Shown: positions 1 to 10,353, counted from the first letter of the stretch. The stretch: 64,000 nucleotides of DNA from Akkermansia sp. (GCA_017517385.1 JAFWZG010000039.1:6153-70152); one strand, 5' to 3'. The notes: a model not told the origin generated them from the sequence alone. Numbers and translations: made by a program.

Positions 1-96
1 AAGTTGGAGCCCGGCAGCCACCGTCTCTGCCTACAGTTGGATGACCGTGACGCCCCAGCTCCCGCCTCTGCCACACTAACACAGTTAAGCAGATAA
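1..96 (+). CDS. Possible 3' end of an upstream gene (partial)
   Basis: Frame 1 is open from base 1 to TAA at 94-96 (KLEPGSHRL...TQLSR*). No family recognised. Confidence 0.3.
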   Translation, partial: KLEPGSHRLCLQLDDRDAPAPASATLTQLSR

Positions 97-123
97 ACAC
101 TACTCAGCGCACAATTTTTTCGC

Positions 124-152
124 TTGACGCCGCGGCGCTTCAGGAGTAAAGT
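124..152 (+). promoter_or_regulatory. Sigma70-type promoter
   Basis: TTGACG (124-129), 17-bp spacer, TAAAGT (147-152). ATG at 159. Confidence 0.55.
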
Positions 153-158
153 GGACAT

Positions 159-1079
159 ATGAAAAAGACGTTGACCCTCGGAGCGCTTGCCTCCATGCTG
201 CTGAGCAACTGCACCTGCCCTGATAACTGGCGCGAGGTGCCGCGCCCTCGCGTGCGCACGGCCGCACAGGTAGCGGAACTCACGGACTGCCAGATAAAGC
301 ACTACGGCACCACCCTGCTCTCTGAAGCAACTACTCCCGGAGTCGTACGGGCGCTGCTGGCCCGCGGTGCGAAGCCGAACGGCATCATCATCCGTAACAA
401 CGAAGCGTACCGAGGCACAGCTCTCATGGGCATACAGGATTCCTCCATCACCCGCCAGCTCATTGCAGCCGGGGCAGATGCAAACATGGCAGGCGGCGGA
501 GATACGCCCCCGCTCTGCAATGCAGCTATGAAAGGAGACACCGCCGCACTCTCCACTCTTCTGGCCGCAGGCGCAGACCCGAACAAGCCAGATAAAGACG
601 GCAACACCCCGTTGCTTTTGGCTGCCGCCCGCCTGCACACAGATGTGTGCAATCTCCTGCTCGCCCGTGGAGCGCGCGCAGATATGGGTAATATTGCAGA
701 TGGCAATACCCCGCTACTGGCCGCGCTGAAAGCCTCCGGCTCAGACACAAAGAAATGCGCCGTAGCGCAGGCCCTACTCGCAGCCGGAGCTAACCCCGTA
801 CTTCCGGATGCCGATGGCAATACCCCCCTGCACTTGGCTCCCGCAGAGTTAACCTCGGCCTTTCTAGCTCGCGGTGCCTCAGTACACGCCCGAAATAATC
901 AGGGACGCACTCCCATCTTCTACTGCAGCTCCATTGCTCAGGCGGATTTACTCATACGCGCCGGGGCGGACATCAACGCAAGCGACCATCAAGGCTACAG
1001 GCCCTTCGATATCATCTCAAACGCTCAGGTAAAATCATACCTTCTCACGCGTGGCGCCAGCGGCAGCTCTCACTATTGA
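159..1079 (+). CDS. Ankyrin-repeat lipoprotein
   Basis: Signal peptide with lipobox LSNC. Repeated ankyrin motifs (GDTPPLCNAA, GNTPLLLAA, GNTPLLAA, GNTPLHLA, GRTPIF). Confidence 0.9.
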   Translation: MKKTLTLGALASMLLSNCTCPDNWREVPRPRVRTAAQVAELTDCQIKHYGTTLLSEATTPGVVRALLARGAKPNGIIIRNNEAYRGTALMGIQDSSITRQLIAAGADANMAGGGDTPPLCNAAMKGDTAALSTLLAAGADPNKPDKDGNTPLLLAAARLHTDVCNLLLARGARADMGNIADGNTPLLAALKASGSDTKKCAVAQALLAAGANPVLPDADGNTPLHLAPAELTSAFLARGASVHARNNQGRTPIFYCSSIAQADLLIRAGADINASDHQGYRPFDIISNAQVKSYLLTRGASGSSHY

Positions 1080-1094
1080 TTTTTTATTCTGCTC

Positions 1095-1781
1095 ATGAAG
1101 CGACACCTCATAATCTGTGGCCTCTGCCTGTTTACCTTCACCTCATGCCAGACGGTGCGAACTGTCTATGATGAAAGTGGCAATGAAGTTAAAGAGCGTG
1201 AGGGGGGCGAGCGCTCGCTGGAGGATTACATGAGCGAAACCTTTGACCGCGACGTCACCCGCAAGAAGAATGATGAGGGTGTTCCGGAATCCAGCTCCAC
1301 CAAGGTGAGCCGCTACCAGAGTGCACTGGATAACGCCCGCCGGGACAACACCACATTTAGCACCGGCAGCTACAGTGGCCTGCGCTCCTATGGCGGAACG
1401 GGGCGCTATGCAGAAGCAAACCGCACATTTGACCGAGGCGCTGCATACTCCGGCACTCACGAGAACACAGAGTACCGCACGGATTTGCGCCCGGATTTCA
1501 TGAGTGATACCCGCGGTGTTTTCAGCCGGGATGATGCCTACAGCGTGAGCTCCGCGAACCGAGCCTCAGCTGATGGCCGAGCCAACGCCGCCTACAGCAC
1601 GGCAAACACATACAGCACCGGCAGCAGCAATATCTCCCGCAATACCACCAGCGGCTATTACGAAAGCCGACTGAATAATTTCCCCAGACCACGTATCATT
1701 AATCGTGATGATTACTACCGCCGCACCATCGAGGAAACTCGCTCCATGCTGGGCAGGGATGACGCATCAAACGCACAATAA
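1095..1781 (+). CDS. Hypothetical lipoprotein, Ser/Thr/Tyr/Arg-rich
   Basis: Lipobox FTSC after hydrophobic N-terminus. 15 bp downstream of the ankyrin gene. Confidence 0.8.
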   Translation: MKRHLIICGLCLFTFTSCQTVRTVYDESGNEVKEREGGERSLEDYMSETFDRDVTRKKNDEGVPESSSTKVSRYQSALDNARRDNTTFSTGSYSGLRSYGGTGRYAEANRTFDRGAAYSGTHENTEYRTDLRPDFMSDTRGVFSRDDAYSVSSANRASADGRANAAYSTANTYSTGSSNISRNTTSGYYESRLNNFPRPRIINRDDYYRRTIEETRSMLGRDDASNAQ

Positions 1782-1872
1782 CAAAAATACCAACTCAGAT
1801 AAGCTAGCGTAATTTTGCCCAAGCGCACGCTCTACCAGCGGTATAAAGATAACAACGGCATAACATTTACAC

Positions 1873-1901
1873 TTGACGCGCAGCCGTATTTTCTTTATAC
1901 T
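1873..1901 (+). promoter_or_regulatory. Sigma70-type promoter
   Basis: TTGACG (1873-1878), 17 bp, TATACT (1896-1901). ATG at 1913. Confidence 0.65.
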
Positions 1902-1912
1902 GCGCGCGCCGC

Positions 1913-2974
1913 ATGACCACGCTGACACAAAATAACAACAAACGGCAAATTGTTCAGTCTTTGTACTTGTGCAAAGCCCTCATGGCCTTTCTGATTGTCA
2001 CGAGGCATACCTCTTTCTGCTACAAGGAAGCCCTGCTTCCTATCATCAGCATAGCCACCCCCACCTTCTTTTGCATTACGGGCTATTTTCTTTTCTCTAA
2101 TTCCCGGGAAAGAGACATCGCCAAAGCTTCTCGCTGGATAAAAAAAGGGCTGATACTCTGTATCGGCATGAACCTTTTCTACCTGCTGCACCATCTGGTG
2201 GATGCTGCCATTTGCGGCCGCGGCTATACCCCCTCTTTAAGAGTCTGGGAAAGTATTCCACTTGGAGACACGCTCATCGGCGAGTTCATCCTTAACACCT
2301 TCACCGGCATCGCCTACAGCTACCACCTGTGGTACCTGAGCGCCTTCTGGATGGCCATGGTGATGTTCTATGTACTCCGCCGTTTTTGCCCGGTCCTCAT
2401 TTACGCCGCTCCACTGCTGTTCGCATGGGCTCAGGCGTGCCACTTATGGGGCAGAGATCTCTTTCCCGGAGCAAGTGAGACCGTTCTGATTGTATTGCGC
2501 TGCAATTTCTTTGCCATGGCGCTCCCCTTCATCTGCACGGGCTACCTGATAGCAAAGCACAGCCGGACGCTACTGCGCATACCCGCCATTCCCCTTTGGC
2601 TCGTACTCTGCTACACGATCCTCTACAAAGGCGGCCTGTGGCTCTCATACCTCCATATCTACACCCATGGGTGGTGCTACCACGTCACAGTCTACCTCTC
2701 GGTGTGCTTCACCCTGCTTACATGCCTCAAGTACAACAGTGCACGCATACCCCTCATCAACGCCATCGGCCAGCGCCATTCTGCTAACATCTACTACACA
2801 CACATTCTTATTTACACGCACCTCGTCCGCACACCATTCTACAACGATGAGCTGAACGCTGTGATTGTTTACCTTGCCTCCATCCCGCTCTCTTTCGGTA
2901 TCATCTATCTTTCAAAAGGCTGGAAATACATAAAAGAACGGCTCAAACTTCAGGCCGCCCGAATGATAAACTGA
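1913..2974 (+). CDS. Acyltransferase family 3 (OafA-like multi-pass membrane protein)
   Basis: About 10 hydrophobic segments. N-terminal L-x-K-A-L-MAFLIVTRH, FFCITGYFLF and HLWYL motifs typical of Acyl_transf_3. Confidence 0.8.
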   Translation: MTTLTQNNNKRQIVQSLYLCKALMAFLIVTRHTSFCYKEALLPIISIATPTFFCITGYFLFSNSRERDIAKASRWIKKGLILCIGMNLFYLLHHLVDAAICGRGYTPSLRVWESIPLGDTLIGEFILNTFTGIAYSYHLWYLSAFWMAMVMFYVLRRFCPVLIYAAPLLFAWAQACHLWGRDLFPGASETVLIVLRCNFFAMALPFICTGYLIAKHSRTLLRIPAIPLWLVLCYTILYKGGLWLSYLHIYTHGWCYHVTVYLSVCFTLLTCLKYNSARIPLINAIGQRHSANIYYTHILIYTHLVRTPFYNDELNAVIVYLASIPLSFGIIYLSKGWKYIKERLKLQAARMIN

Positions 2975-3080
2975 TGCCTTACCGGCTGGCTTGGATATTA
3001 TTATTACAAAGCCGCTTATTTAATACTTATCAGGAGAATACATCTTCTTCTGTCGCGCAATTCTACGCTCTTACTCAATC

Positions 3081-4024
3081 CACATGTGTCCCAAAGATTT
3101 TCTGAAAGGATAGCAAAAATCAGGGCAAAGAAAATGGAAGGTTGATTTTTTCACCAGCAAAACGTATGCTGGTGTTGCTTCAAAAAAAACACCTTCCATG
3201 AGCACTGTACACCTTTTCTCCCAAGTTGCAAGCTTAATCGATCGAACCATAGTCGTTTCTGCTGCAAAAAAGCGACATACAGACAAATATTGCCAAACTC
3301 TCGACACATGGACGCATCTTATTGCCCTGTTGTTCTGCCATATGGCAGACTGCCAATCCCTGCGTGATATCTGCAAGGGGCTACAAGGAATAAGAGGTGG
3401 GCTCAACCACTTGGGAATTCAAAAAGCACCATCTCGTAATGCGCAGAGCCATCAGAATGCTAAGCGAGATGCTATGGTGTTTCGGGATATCTATCAACTT
3501 CTTCACAAACGCTTGGGACAGCAGGCCTTCACCTGTCGCTTCCGGGAGGGTATCAAGGCATCACGCATCATGTTGCTTGATTCTAGTGTTATCACACTCT
3601 GCCTCAATATATTCAATTGGGCTCACTACAGTGAGGAAAAAGGCGCAATCAAGCTTCATACTCTCTTTTCTCTGAATGATTTTCTTCCCATCGACGTACA
3701 CGTTTCAGATGGTAAGATGTCGGATAACATAAGCGCCTACCACCTGATGCCGCCGGGGCGCAGCATCATTGTAGCCGACCGTGGATACGATGATACACAG
3801 CTCTGGAGGGATTGGGACAGCAGGGGAATCAGCTTTGTCGTGCGTTTACGCAAAGATATCAAATTTACCCGTAAAGAGGCTTTCCCGCAACCTGACGACC
3901 GGGAACAGGATATCGGCCATTAACTGAAAATTGCATACAGGGGGGCTTCGAAAAAGCCCCTTTTCGGAAAGCCTAGGAATTATCGGCACTTGCGTCTCTC
4001 AGAAAAATCTTTGGGACACATGTG
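3081..4024 (+). mobile_element. IS4-family insertion sequence, internally deleted
   Basis: Terminal inverted repeats CACATGTGTCCCAAAGATTTTCTGA (from 3081) and TCAGAAAAATCTTTGGGACACATGTG (to 4024) flank a truncated transposase. Confidence 0.85.
3198..3923 (+). pseudogene. Truncated IS4-family transposase (DUF4372-like N-terminus plus partial DDE domain)
   Basis: LFSQ...KY...TW.HL..LLF N-terminus. First two catalytic Asp motifs present (LLDSSVI, VADRGY). The YxxRWxIE segment with the catalytic Glu is absent. Only 241 aa. Confidence 0.8.
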
Positions 4025-4055
4025 GTGCACTCAATCAGTTTGACTGAATTTTAGA

Positions 4056-4084
4056 TTGACATCCACCAAAACAAATGTTATTCT
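4056..4084 (+). promoter_or_regulatory. Extended -10 sigma70 promoter of the autotransporter gene
   Basis: TTGACA (4056-4061), 17 bp, TGT-TATTCT (4076-4084). Confidence 0.65.
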
Positions 4085-4175
4085 TATCGATAGTCTCAGG
4101 TTGCGGTTCTGATAGTTCATTTCGTCTACCACCGTTGATTAGGAAAAGGGACACATCTTACTTTACCTTCATACT

Positions 4176-7100
4176 ATGAAATTACACTTACCCAAACTGT
4201 TATATACTGCTCTGATGAGCGTGTTTGTTCTGCCTGTATTGGCAAATCAAACGATGACGAATATTGCTCCGGAAGGGGCAGATTATAGACTTCTGGAAAT
4301 TGGTGGAGGAGACTCCAGCCTTCACCCGAAAGATAATATTGTACAGCATAACGGGGACCTCACGCTTGAAAGCGGAGACAAGCTGGGGCACTTTGATTCT
4401 AGCGGCAATCTAATCAAATATGATAACGGGGATGGCTGCACCGTCATTCAGGTTACCCAGAAGTATAACAATTCTACCGTTAACACCTATAACGAGTACC
4501 AGGGTAACAATGAGTTCTCGAACATGGTAAATATAACGGGTACCCTCACGCTGAATGGCACCGCACAGGTCTCCATTGGCGGTCAGTACAAAGTGCAGAA
4601 ACGCACTGATACCGTAGACGCTGATGGCAATCTTGTAAAGACCGGCTCAGTGAGTTCCTATTTAGACCATTACTCTGCACTCCACGCTGATACCGTCATA
4701 GTCAACGGCACAGGTAGTGGTACCCATCTTCAGGCTACATCTGCGGTAATAGGAAATCTGGAGGTAAACAGTGGTAATGTTTCATTCCATCAGGATCAGT
4801 ATAGTGGCAACGGTTTCTACTCTGCCCTGAATACTGATTTCACCTCTTTCAAAGCAGTACGAATTGAAGATAGCCTGACACTCGGGGGAACGGCTAACGT
4901 AACGATGGGACGCACTCACAGTAAACACAACAATACGACAACGTCCCATATTGTTAACGTCTTCGGCTCCACAAAGAATGCAATTACCATCACGCAAGAA
5001 GGTGGCACCTTCCAAGCAATCGGCTATTCTTACGCCATGTCCGGCATGAGCATCACCCAGAGCGGTGGCTCCATGACGTTCCGTGATTACCTTCAGTTCT
5101 CCGGCACAAAAACAAATGTAATTGAACAAAGTGGTAACGCCTCGCTTACAATCGGTCAGCTCAAAGGCAGCAACGGCTCCACCTTTGACATCTCTCAGAG
5201 TGGCAGCGGCTCCATAACGTTATGCTACGGAACAGCTCTTGGCTCAAAGAACAGTGTGGTAAATATCACCCAGACCGGTTCCGGTACCATTACCTTGGGC
5301 GGCGGTAATAAACAGCACACCTATTCCGGTGTAAAAAATTATCCCACATCCTATGCAACGGGTGGAACCACGTATAACATCAGCCTGACCGGCAGTGGTA
5401 CCCTTCATTTGTATAGCCGTGATAATATCACCCCGGCCATCACCGCTTCCGCTGTAGAGCTTAGTTCAACTTCCGCCCTCGTACTGGACGCCGGAACCAA
5501 GCTTACCACCAAAGAGCTATCCGTAAGCTCCGGCGCTACAATTGACAACAACGGACTCATCACAGTAGGTACCGGAACTAGTGGCAGCACCGCAGGCTCA
5601 CTATATGTGACAGAAGGTGGCACGCTTTCTGCAGTATTAGATGGTACAAACGCAGCCTTGAACGTAGGCGCCCTCGCTGACAGTGACACCATCACAGGGT
5701 GGACTATGGACAGCGGCAGTACCTTCGGCATCGGCATGACTGATACATACTTCAGCTCGCTCACTATGGTGGATAACAATGGTGAAAAGCAGATATCGTT
5801 CAACAATATTCTTGTTGCCACAGTCGCCACGGGTTCCTCAGTTGACGCGGGTTCTTTCAACTGCGAATATGTAGTAGGTGACATCGCCGGCATGGACGCT
5901 GAACACTGGGAGGTAAAGAATGCCACCCTTACGAATGATTCTGCCGGCAATGTGGTGCTGAACGGTACTCTCACCTATAATCCGTGGATTACCATTGACG
6001 ACGGCGGCACTGAAAACCGAGACTTCACCTATGATAAGGATTATCTCGTCGGCCTCATCATCACAGACAATGACGTTACCCTGAGCGGAGATAACACCCA
6101 CACTCTGGGCACAGAGATTAACGGGGTAGAAGTAACACTGGCCCATGAAAACGCTCTCGGTAACGGAGCCATCACCACTAAGGGCGAATCCGGACTGGTA
6201 ACGGCCGAAGGCATTACAGCCAATCTACCTGAAGCAATTCAGAACTCTGGTGCTTTAACGATACAAGGCCAGTTCAAGCTCGATAACAACAGTGCTTATA
6301 GTGGAGAGGTTGCTGATACATACGTAGACGTGGACAATCAGGAAGGAGACAACGGCTTTAAGCGCGAAGGCCTCACTTATCAGGTTGTTGTGAATAATGG
6401 TCAGGACGCCACCCTGACCGTGGGCCGTGACACCACTGTGCAGGTTGGAACGGATAACCTGCGCCTCTTCGTTGACGGCCTCGCCGGTAAGTTAAACCTC
6501 GAAACTTATTACATTCGAGCTGCAGGTGACGGCAGCGAAACCAGCTCACAGGAAATTCTTAGTGCAGCAGCTACGGGCGGAATTACAAGCGTCACGGTGG
6601 AATTAACGGAAGAAACCGGTAAACTGACGGCCAACAGCGACATCGAGGTAAATGCCACAGCCGGCACACTGATTACCGAGGCCGGAGCAAATGTGACAGG
6701 CACCCTGTCTAATACCACTATCAACGCAGCAGGCGGCACAATCGGAGCAACGATTGAAAATGGCTCTACGGTAACTGTGAGCGGGAATGATACCACCACC
6801 CTCTCTGGTAACAACAGCTATGATGGCGGCACTCTGATTGATGGCGGCTCTCTCTTGGTTGAGAATGCTAACAGTTTGGGTTCCGGTGACGTTGAATTGG
6901 CAAATAATGGCGTACTGGATCTCGGAAATCTGGCTGTAACGAATAACATTCTGGTGTCGGGTTGCACCCTGAAACGCGCCGGGGCATTGGATGCAAATCT
7001 TACCGTATCCGGTGAACTGATGCTGACGGATAACACCACAGCTAAAACACTCACTCTCCGGGACAACGGCACCATTCGCAGCGCTCCCGGCTCCTCCCTG

Positions 7101-8300
7101 ACAGTGGATAACGCTGACATACAAACGAATGGTGACGCCTCAATTACGGCTAACTTGTCCATCAACAATAACGGCACTATTACTCTGAACAACGGTAACG
7201 TACTGAATGTAACCGGAAGTATTACTCTGAGCGGTATTACGACCCTCCGCCTGAACGGTCAGTACGCCGTCGGCACCGCCCTTGTAACCGCCACAGAGGC
7301 TCTGGAAGCCGATAATGTTCAACTGGATTATGATGACAAGAGCGTCAGACTGGAGCAAGTGGGTAACAGCCTCGTGCTGACACTGAACTTCAAGCAGGAA
7401 AGTGCGGATACCTTTACACAGGGCAACTGGGGTATTGCCACGGCATCCCGCGCCTTCGTCAACACCGTTCGTGGCCAGCGCAATAACACGGGCTGCATCG
7501 CCAATGGTCGAGGCACGGCATGGTTCAGCATACTTGGAGCCCAAAACAATATGGATGGCTCTGATGTATCCGTTCAGGGTGCGGCTGTGGGTGCAGACTT
7601 CAGAATCAAGCCTGCCCACATGATGGGTATCGCGTTCGGTTATGCTGACGGTGATGTATCCCCCACCGGCCTCAGCAAGGTAAATCAGGAAGGCTACTAC
7701 GCTGCGGTGTATGGCGAACATATGCTTGCCACCCCCACGCCTACCAGAAGTTGGGTATTTGACTGGGTGCTGGCATACGGCACCACGGAGTCCAAGCAGA
7801 ATAGCGACTCGTGGGAGCAGGACAGCCTGCAGGTTAATGCCCGAGTGAGCCGCCACAGCAGAATTTCCGAACGTCTGGGCGTGAATGCCTTTGCCGGGCT
7901 GGAATACTTTGCTACCGGCTCAGATACAGTGAACGGTACGAAGACAGGCTCTATCCAGAACGTCCGCGGAGAAATCGGCGTGGGTATCAACTATATACTC
8001 TGGGGTACAGCTAACAGAAGCAATAGCGAAACAGCTCCGGGGCTTAGCAACGCCTGCCGCCGCCTGGAAGTATATGGTGAGCTCTCCTACTTCAATGACA
8101 TGGTGCGTCACAACCCTGTAATACGCATGAATGGCATGAGCGGGGACAGCTGCAACCCGGGCCGCAATGGCATCGAAGTACAGGCAGGTGCAACCTATCG
8201 CATTAATACCAGATGGACCACCTCTGCCAACTACTCCTTCAGTGCCATGGAGGATTCCACAGAACACCGCTTCAATGTGGGTGCTTCCTTGTCCTTCTAA
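4176..8300 (+). CDS. Autotransporter (type Va) with beta-helical passenger
   Basis: MKLHLPKLL leader. Gly/Thr/Asn-rich passenger with passenger-associated repeats (LSGDNTHTLGT, LSGNNSYDGGT). C-terminal beta-barrel ending NVGASLSF. Confidence 0.9.
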   Translation: MKLHLPKLLYTALMSVFVLPVLANQTMTNIAPEGADYRLLEIGGGDSSLHPKDNIVQHNGDLTLESGDKLGHFDSSGNLIKYDNGDGCTVIQVTQKYNNSTVNTYNEYQGNNEFSNMVNITGTLTLNGTAQVSIGGQYKVQKRTDTVDADGNLVKTGSVSSYLDHYSALHADTVIVNGTGSGTHLQATSAVIGNLEVNSGNVSFHQDQYSGNGFYSALNTDFTSFKAVRIEDSLTLGGTANVTMGRTHSKHNNTTTSHIVNVFGSTKNAITITQEGGTFQAIGYSYAMSGMSITQSGGSMTFRDYLQFSGTKTNVIEQSGNASLTIGQLKGSNGSTFDISQSGSGSITLCYGTALGSKNSVVNITQTGSGTITLGGGNKQHTYSGVKNYPTSYATGGTTYNISLTGSGTLHLYSRDNITPAITASAVELSSTSALVLDAGTKLTTKELSVSSGATIDNNGLITVGTGTSGSTAGSLYVTEGGTLSAVLDGTNAALNVGALADSDTITGWTMDSGSTFGIGMTDTYFSSLTMVDNNGEKQISFNNILVATVATGSSVDAGSFNCEYVVGDIAGMDAEHWEVKNATLTNDSAGNVVLNGTLTYNPWITIDDGGTENRDFTYDKDYLVGLIITDNDVTLSGDNTHTLGTEINGVEVTLAHENALGNGAITTKGESGLVTAEGITANLPEAIQNSGALTIQGQFKLDNNSAYSGEVADTYVDVDNQEGDNGFKREGLTYQVVVNNGQDATLTVGRDTTVQVGTDNLRLFVDGLAGKLNLETYYIRAAGDGSETSSQEILSAAATGGITSVTVELTEETGKLTANSDIEVNATAGTLITEAGANVTGTLSNTTINAAGGTIGATIENGSTVTVSGNDTTTLSGNNSYDGGTLIDGGSLLVENANSLGSGDVELANNGVLDLGNLAVTNNILVSGCTLKRAGALDANLTVSGELMLTDNTTAKTLTLRDNGTIRSAPGSSLTVDNADIQTNGDASITANLSINNNGTITLNNGNVLNVTGSITLSGITTLRLNGQYAVGTALVTATEALEADNVQLDYDDKSVRLEQVGNSLVLTLNFKQESADTFTQGNWGIATASRAFVNTVRGQRNNTGCIANGRGTAWFSILGAQNNMDGSDVSVQGAAVGADFRIKPAHMMGIAFGYADGDVSPTGLSKVNQEGYYAAVYGEHMLATPTPTRSWVFDWVLAYGTTESKQNSDSWEQDSLQVNARVSRHSRISERLGVNAFAGLEYFATGSDTVNGTKTGSIQNVRGEIGVGINYILWGTANRSNSETAPGLSNACRRLEVYGELSYFNDMVRHNPVIRMNGMSGDSCNPGRNGIEVQAGATYRINTRWTTSANYSFSAMEDSTEHRFNVGASLSF

Positions 8301-8327
8301 TTCACCAGCAAAACTAGCTATATCAGC

Positions 8328-8370
8328 ACTCCGGCATCATGCAGCAATGCAGATGCCGGAGTCCTTTTTT
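8328..8370 (+). terminator. Rho-independent terminator
   Basis: Stem ACTCCGGCATC/GATGCCGGAGT followed by CC and a T6 tract. Confidence 0.8.
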
Positions 8371-8479
8371 AAACCACATTCGCTATGATAGAGCCATATA
8401 CTTGTCTCTCAATTTATTGCGCTGAGTTACCTCCTTTCTCCTTGACATAACTTACCAAAAATGCTAGTAATAAAGCACT

Positions 8480-10291
8480 ATGACTCTAAATCGTACCATT
8501 GCCGCAGCCGCGGCCTTAATCACGGGCATGCTCTCAGCCGCCACAGCTGCTGACGAGAGGCCAAACATTCTCTTTATCATATCGGATGACCACGGCGTGA
8601 ACGCGCTGGGCACCTGCGAGCAGGATAGCCCCGTCCCCCTGCCCGGTTTCCGCCGCTTGGCAGATGAAGGCATGGTGTTTGACCGAGCCTACTGCGCAAA
8701 CTCCCTCTGCGGCCCCTCACGCGCCTGCATGCTCACGGGGCGCCACTCCCACAACAACGGCTTCCTGTACAACTATGGCGGCCCGGCCTTCAATGGAGAC
8801 CAGCCCACGTATCCCAAGATGCTGCAGGCAGGTGGCTACCAGACCGGCATCGTGGGTAAATGGCACCTCATCTCCCGCCCCACTGGCTTTGACTCATGGC
8901 AAGTATTCCCCAGCCAAGGTGATTACCTGAACTCCACCTTCCTTTCTGCCGGCCCGAACGGCTCCACCCGTAGCAACCGCCTGCGCGGCTACGTGACAGA
9001 CGTGGTCACGAACATGGCCATCAACTGGATGGAAAGCCGCGACCGCAGCAAGCCCTTCGCTCTCATCGTAGGCCATAAGGCTCCGCACCGCAACTGGCTT
9101 CCTGCTGTGCGCCACCTCCAGATTATCAAAGAGCACGTTGCCCGCATGACGCCGCCCGCCACCCTGCATGATGACTGGAGTAACCGCCCTGAGTTCCTCC
9201 GCCACAATGGCCAGAGTGTGGGATGGAACCTCTGCAACTGGAATGATAATCACCTCGTGCGTGACCGCATTCCCTTTGACGTGATGAAGGAAATCGTACC
9301 CAAGGGGCAGCTGCGCAACATGATTAACAATGGCCTCTTCGCTGGCCAGATACCGGCTGATTTCAATATCGATACTCACGAGCCGCGCTTCGCCCCCAGA
9401 ACAAACCTCGGCTGGGAGATGAACTGGATTGAACCCGGTCTGCAGGACGTTTACCGCGCTTTCTACAACCAGCGTACGGACGAGTTCGTGGCCAACATGC
9501 GTGCAGGCAAGTACCAGACACAGGAGCAAATGACCGAGCAGCGCTGGCGCTGGTACATGGAGGATTACCTCGGCTGCATACTCTCGCTGGATGAATCCAT
9601 CACCAGCCTGCTGGAGTATCTGGACAAGGCCGGCCTTTCCGAAAACACGCTTGTCATTTACGTGGGTGACCAGAGTTTCTATCTTGGCGAGCACGGTCTG
9701 TACGACAAGCGCTGGATCTTCGAGGAATCCATGCGCATGCCGCTCATTATGCGCTGGAAGGGCCGCATTCCTGCCGGTGTACGCAGTCAGGCCATGGTAC
9801 AGAACATTGACTACGCGCCCACCCTGCTGGAAGTCACCGGCAATAACACACCGGAGAACACCCGCACTATGGAGGGCGTTTCCCTCGTACCGCTCTTCGC
9901 CACCGGTGAGGCTCCGCAGTTCGTGGATCGTTCCCTCTACTACGCTTTCTACGAACAGCCCGGTGAGCACAATGCCCCCCGCCATGACGGCATTCGCACA
10001 CAGCGCTACACCTTCGCCCGCATTTGGACGCCCACGGGTGAGGAACGCCGCACTGGCGTGCGCAAGCCTGAGAATGAGTGGATGCTCATCGATAACGAAA
10101 CAGACCCGCAGCAGATGCGCAACGTGGCTCAGGATCCCGCCTACGCCGAAGTAGTGGCCGAGCTCATGCAGCGCTACAACGCCGCCCGCACCCTCTACCG
10201 AGTGCCTGCTGACTGCCCCGGCAGCGGCCATAAAATCCCGGATTACCTGCCCTCCTGGGGCCCGGGTGAAAATGATCGCATTCGCCGCTAA
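8480..10291 (+). CDS. Exported formylglycine-dependent sulfatase (S1, S1_11-like, probable 6-O-sulfo-GlcNAc sulfatase)
   Basis: Signal peptide. PNILFIISDDH, CGPSRACMLTGRHSH, GKWHL, HKAPHRNW and GEHGLYDKRWIFEES motifs. The subfamily call is by motif resemblance. Confidence 0.9.
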   Translation: MTLNRTIAAAAALITGMLSAATAADERPNILFIISDDHGVNALGTCEQDSPVPLPGFRRLADEGMVFDRAYCANSLCGPSRACMLTGRHSHNNGFLYNYGGPAFNGDQPTYPKMLQAGGYQTGIVGKWHLISRPTGFDSWQVFPSQGDYLNSTFLSAGPNGSTRSNRLRGYVTDVVTNMAINWMESRDRSKPFALIVGHKAPHRNWLPAVRHLQIIKEHVARMTPPATLHDDWSNRPEFLRHNGQSVGWNLCNWNDNHLVRDRIPFDVMKEIVPKGQLRNMINNGLFAGQIPADFNIDTHEPRFAPRTNLGWEMNWIEPGLQDVYRAFYNQRTDEFVANMRAGKYQTQEQMTEQRWRWYMEDYLGCILSLDESITSLLEYLDKAGLSENTLVIYVGDQSFYLGEHGLYDKRWIFEESMRMPLIMRWKGRIPAGVRSQAMVQNIDYAPTLLEVTGNNTPENTRTMEGVSLVPLFATGEAPQFVDRSLYYAFYEQPGEHNAPRHDGIRTQRYTFARIWTPTGEERRTGVRKPENEWMLIDNETDPQQMRNVAQDPAYAEVVAELMQRYNAARTLYRVPADCPGSGHKIPDYLPSWGPGENDRIRR

Positions 10292-10317
10292 AACAGCTCA
10301 GCACCGCTAATCCTTCG

Positions 10318-10353
10318 GCCACCGCAGCAGCTCGCTGCGGTGGCTTTTTTTTT
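10318..10353 (+). terminator. Rho-independent terminator
   Basis: GCCACCGCAGC/GCTGCGGTGGC stem followed by a T run. Confidence 0.85.

Noticed and set aside
3150-8314. 14-bp direct repeat TTCACCAGCAAAAC at 3150 and 8301, suggesting a composite element around the autotransporter
   Set aside because: Several 14-mer matches are expected by chance in 64 kb, and one copy lies inside the IS.
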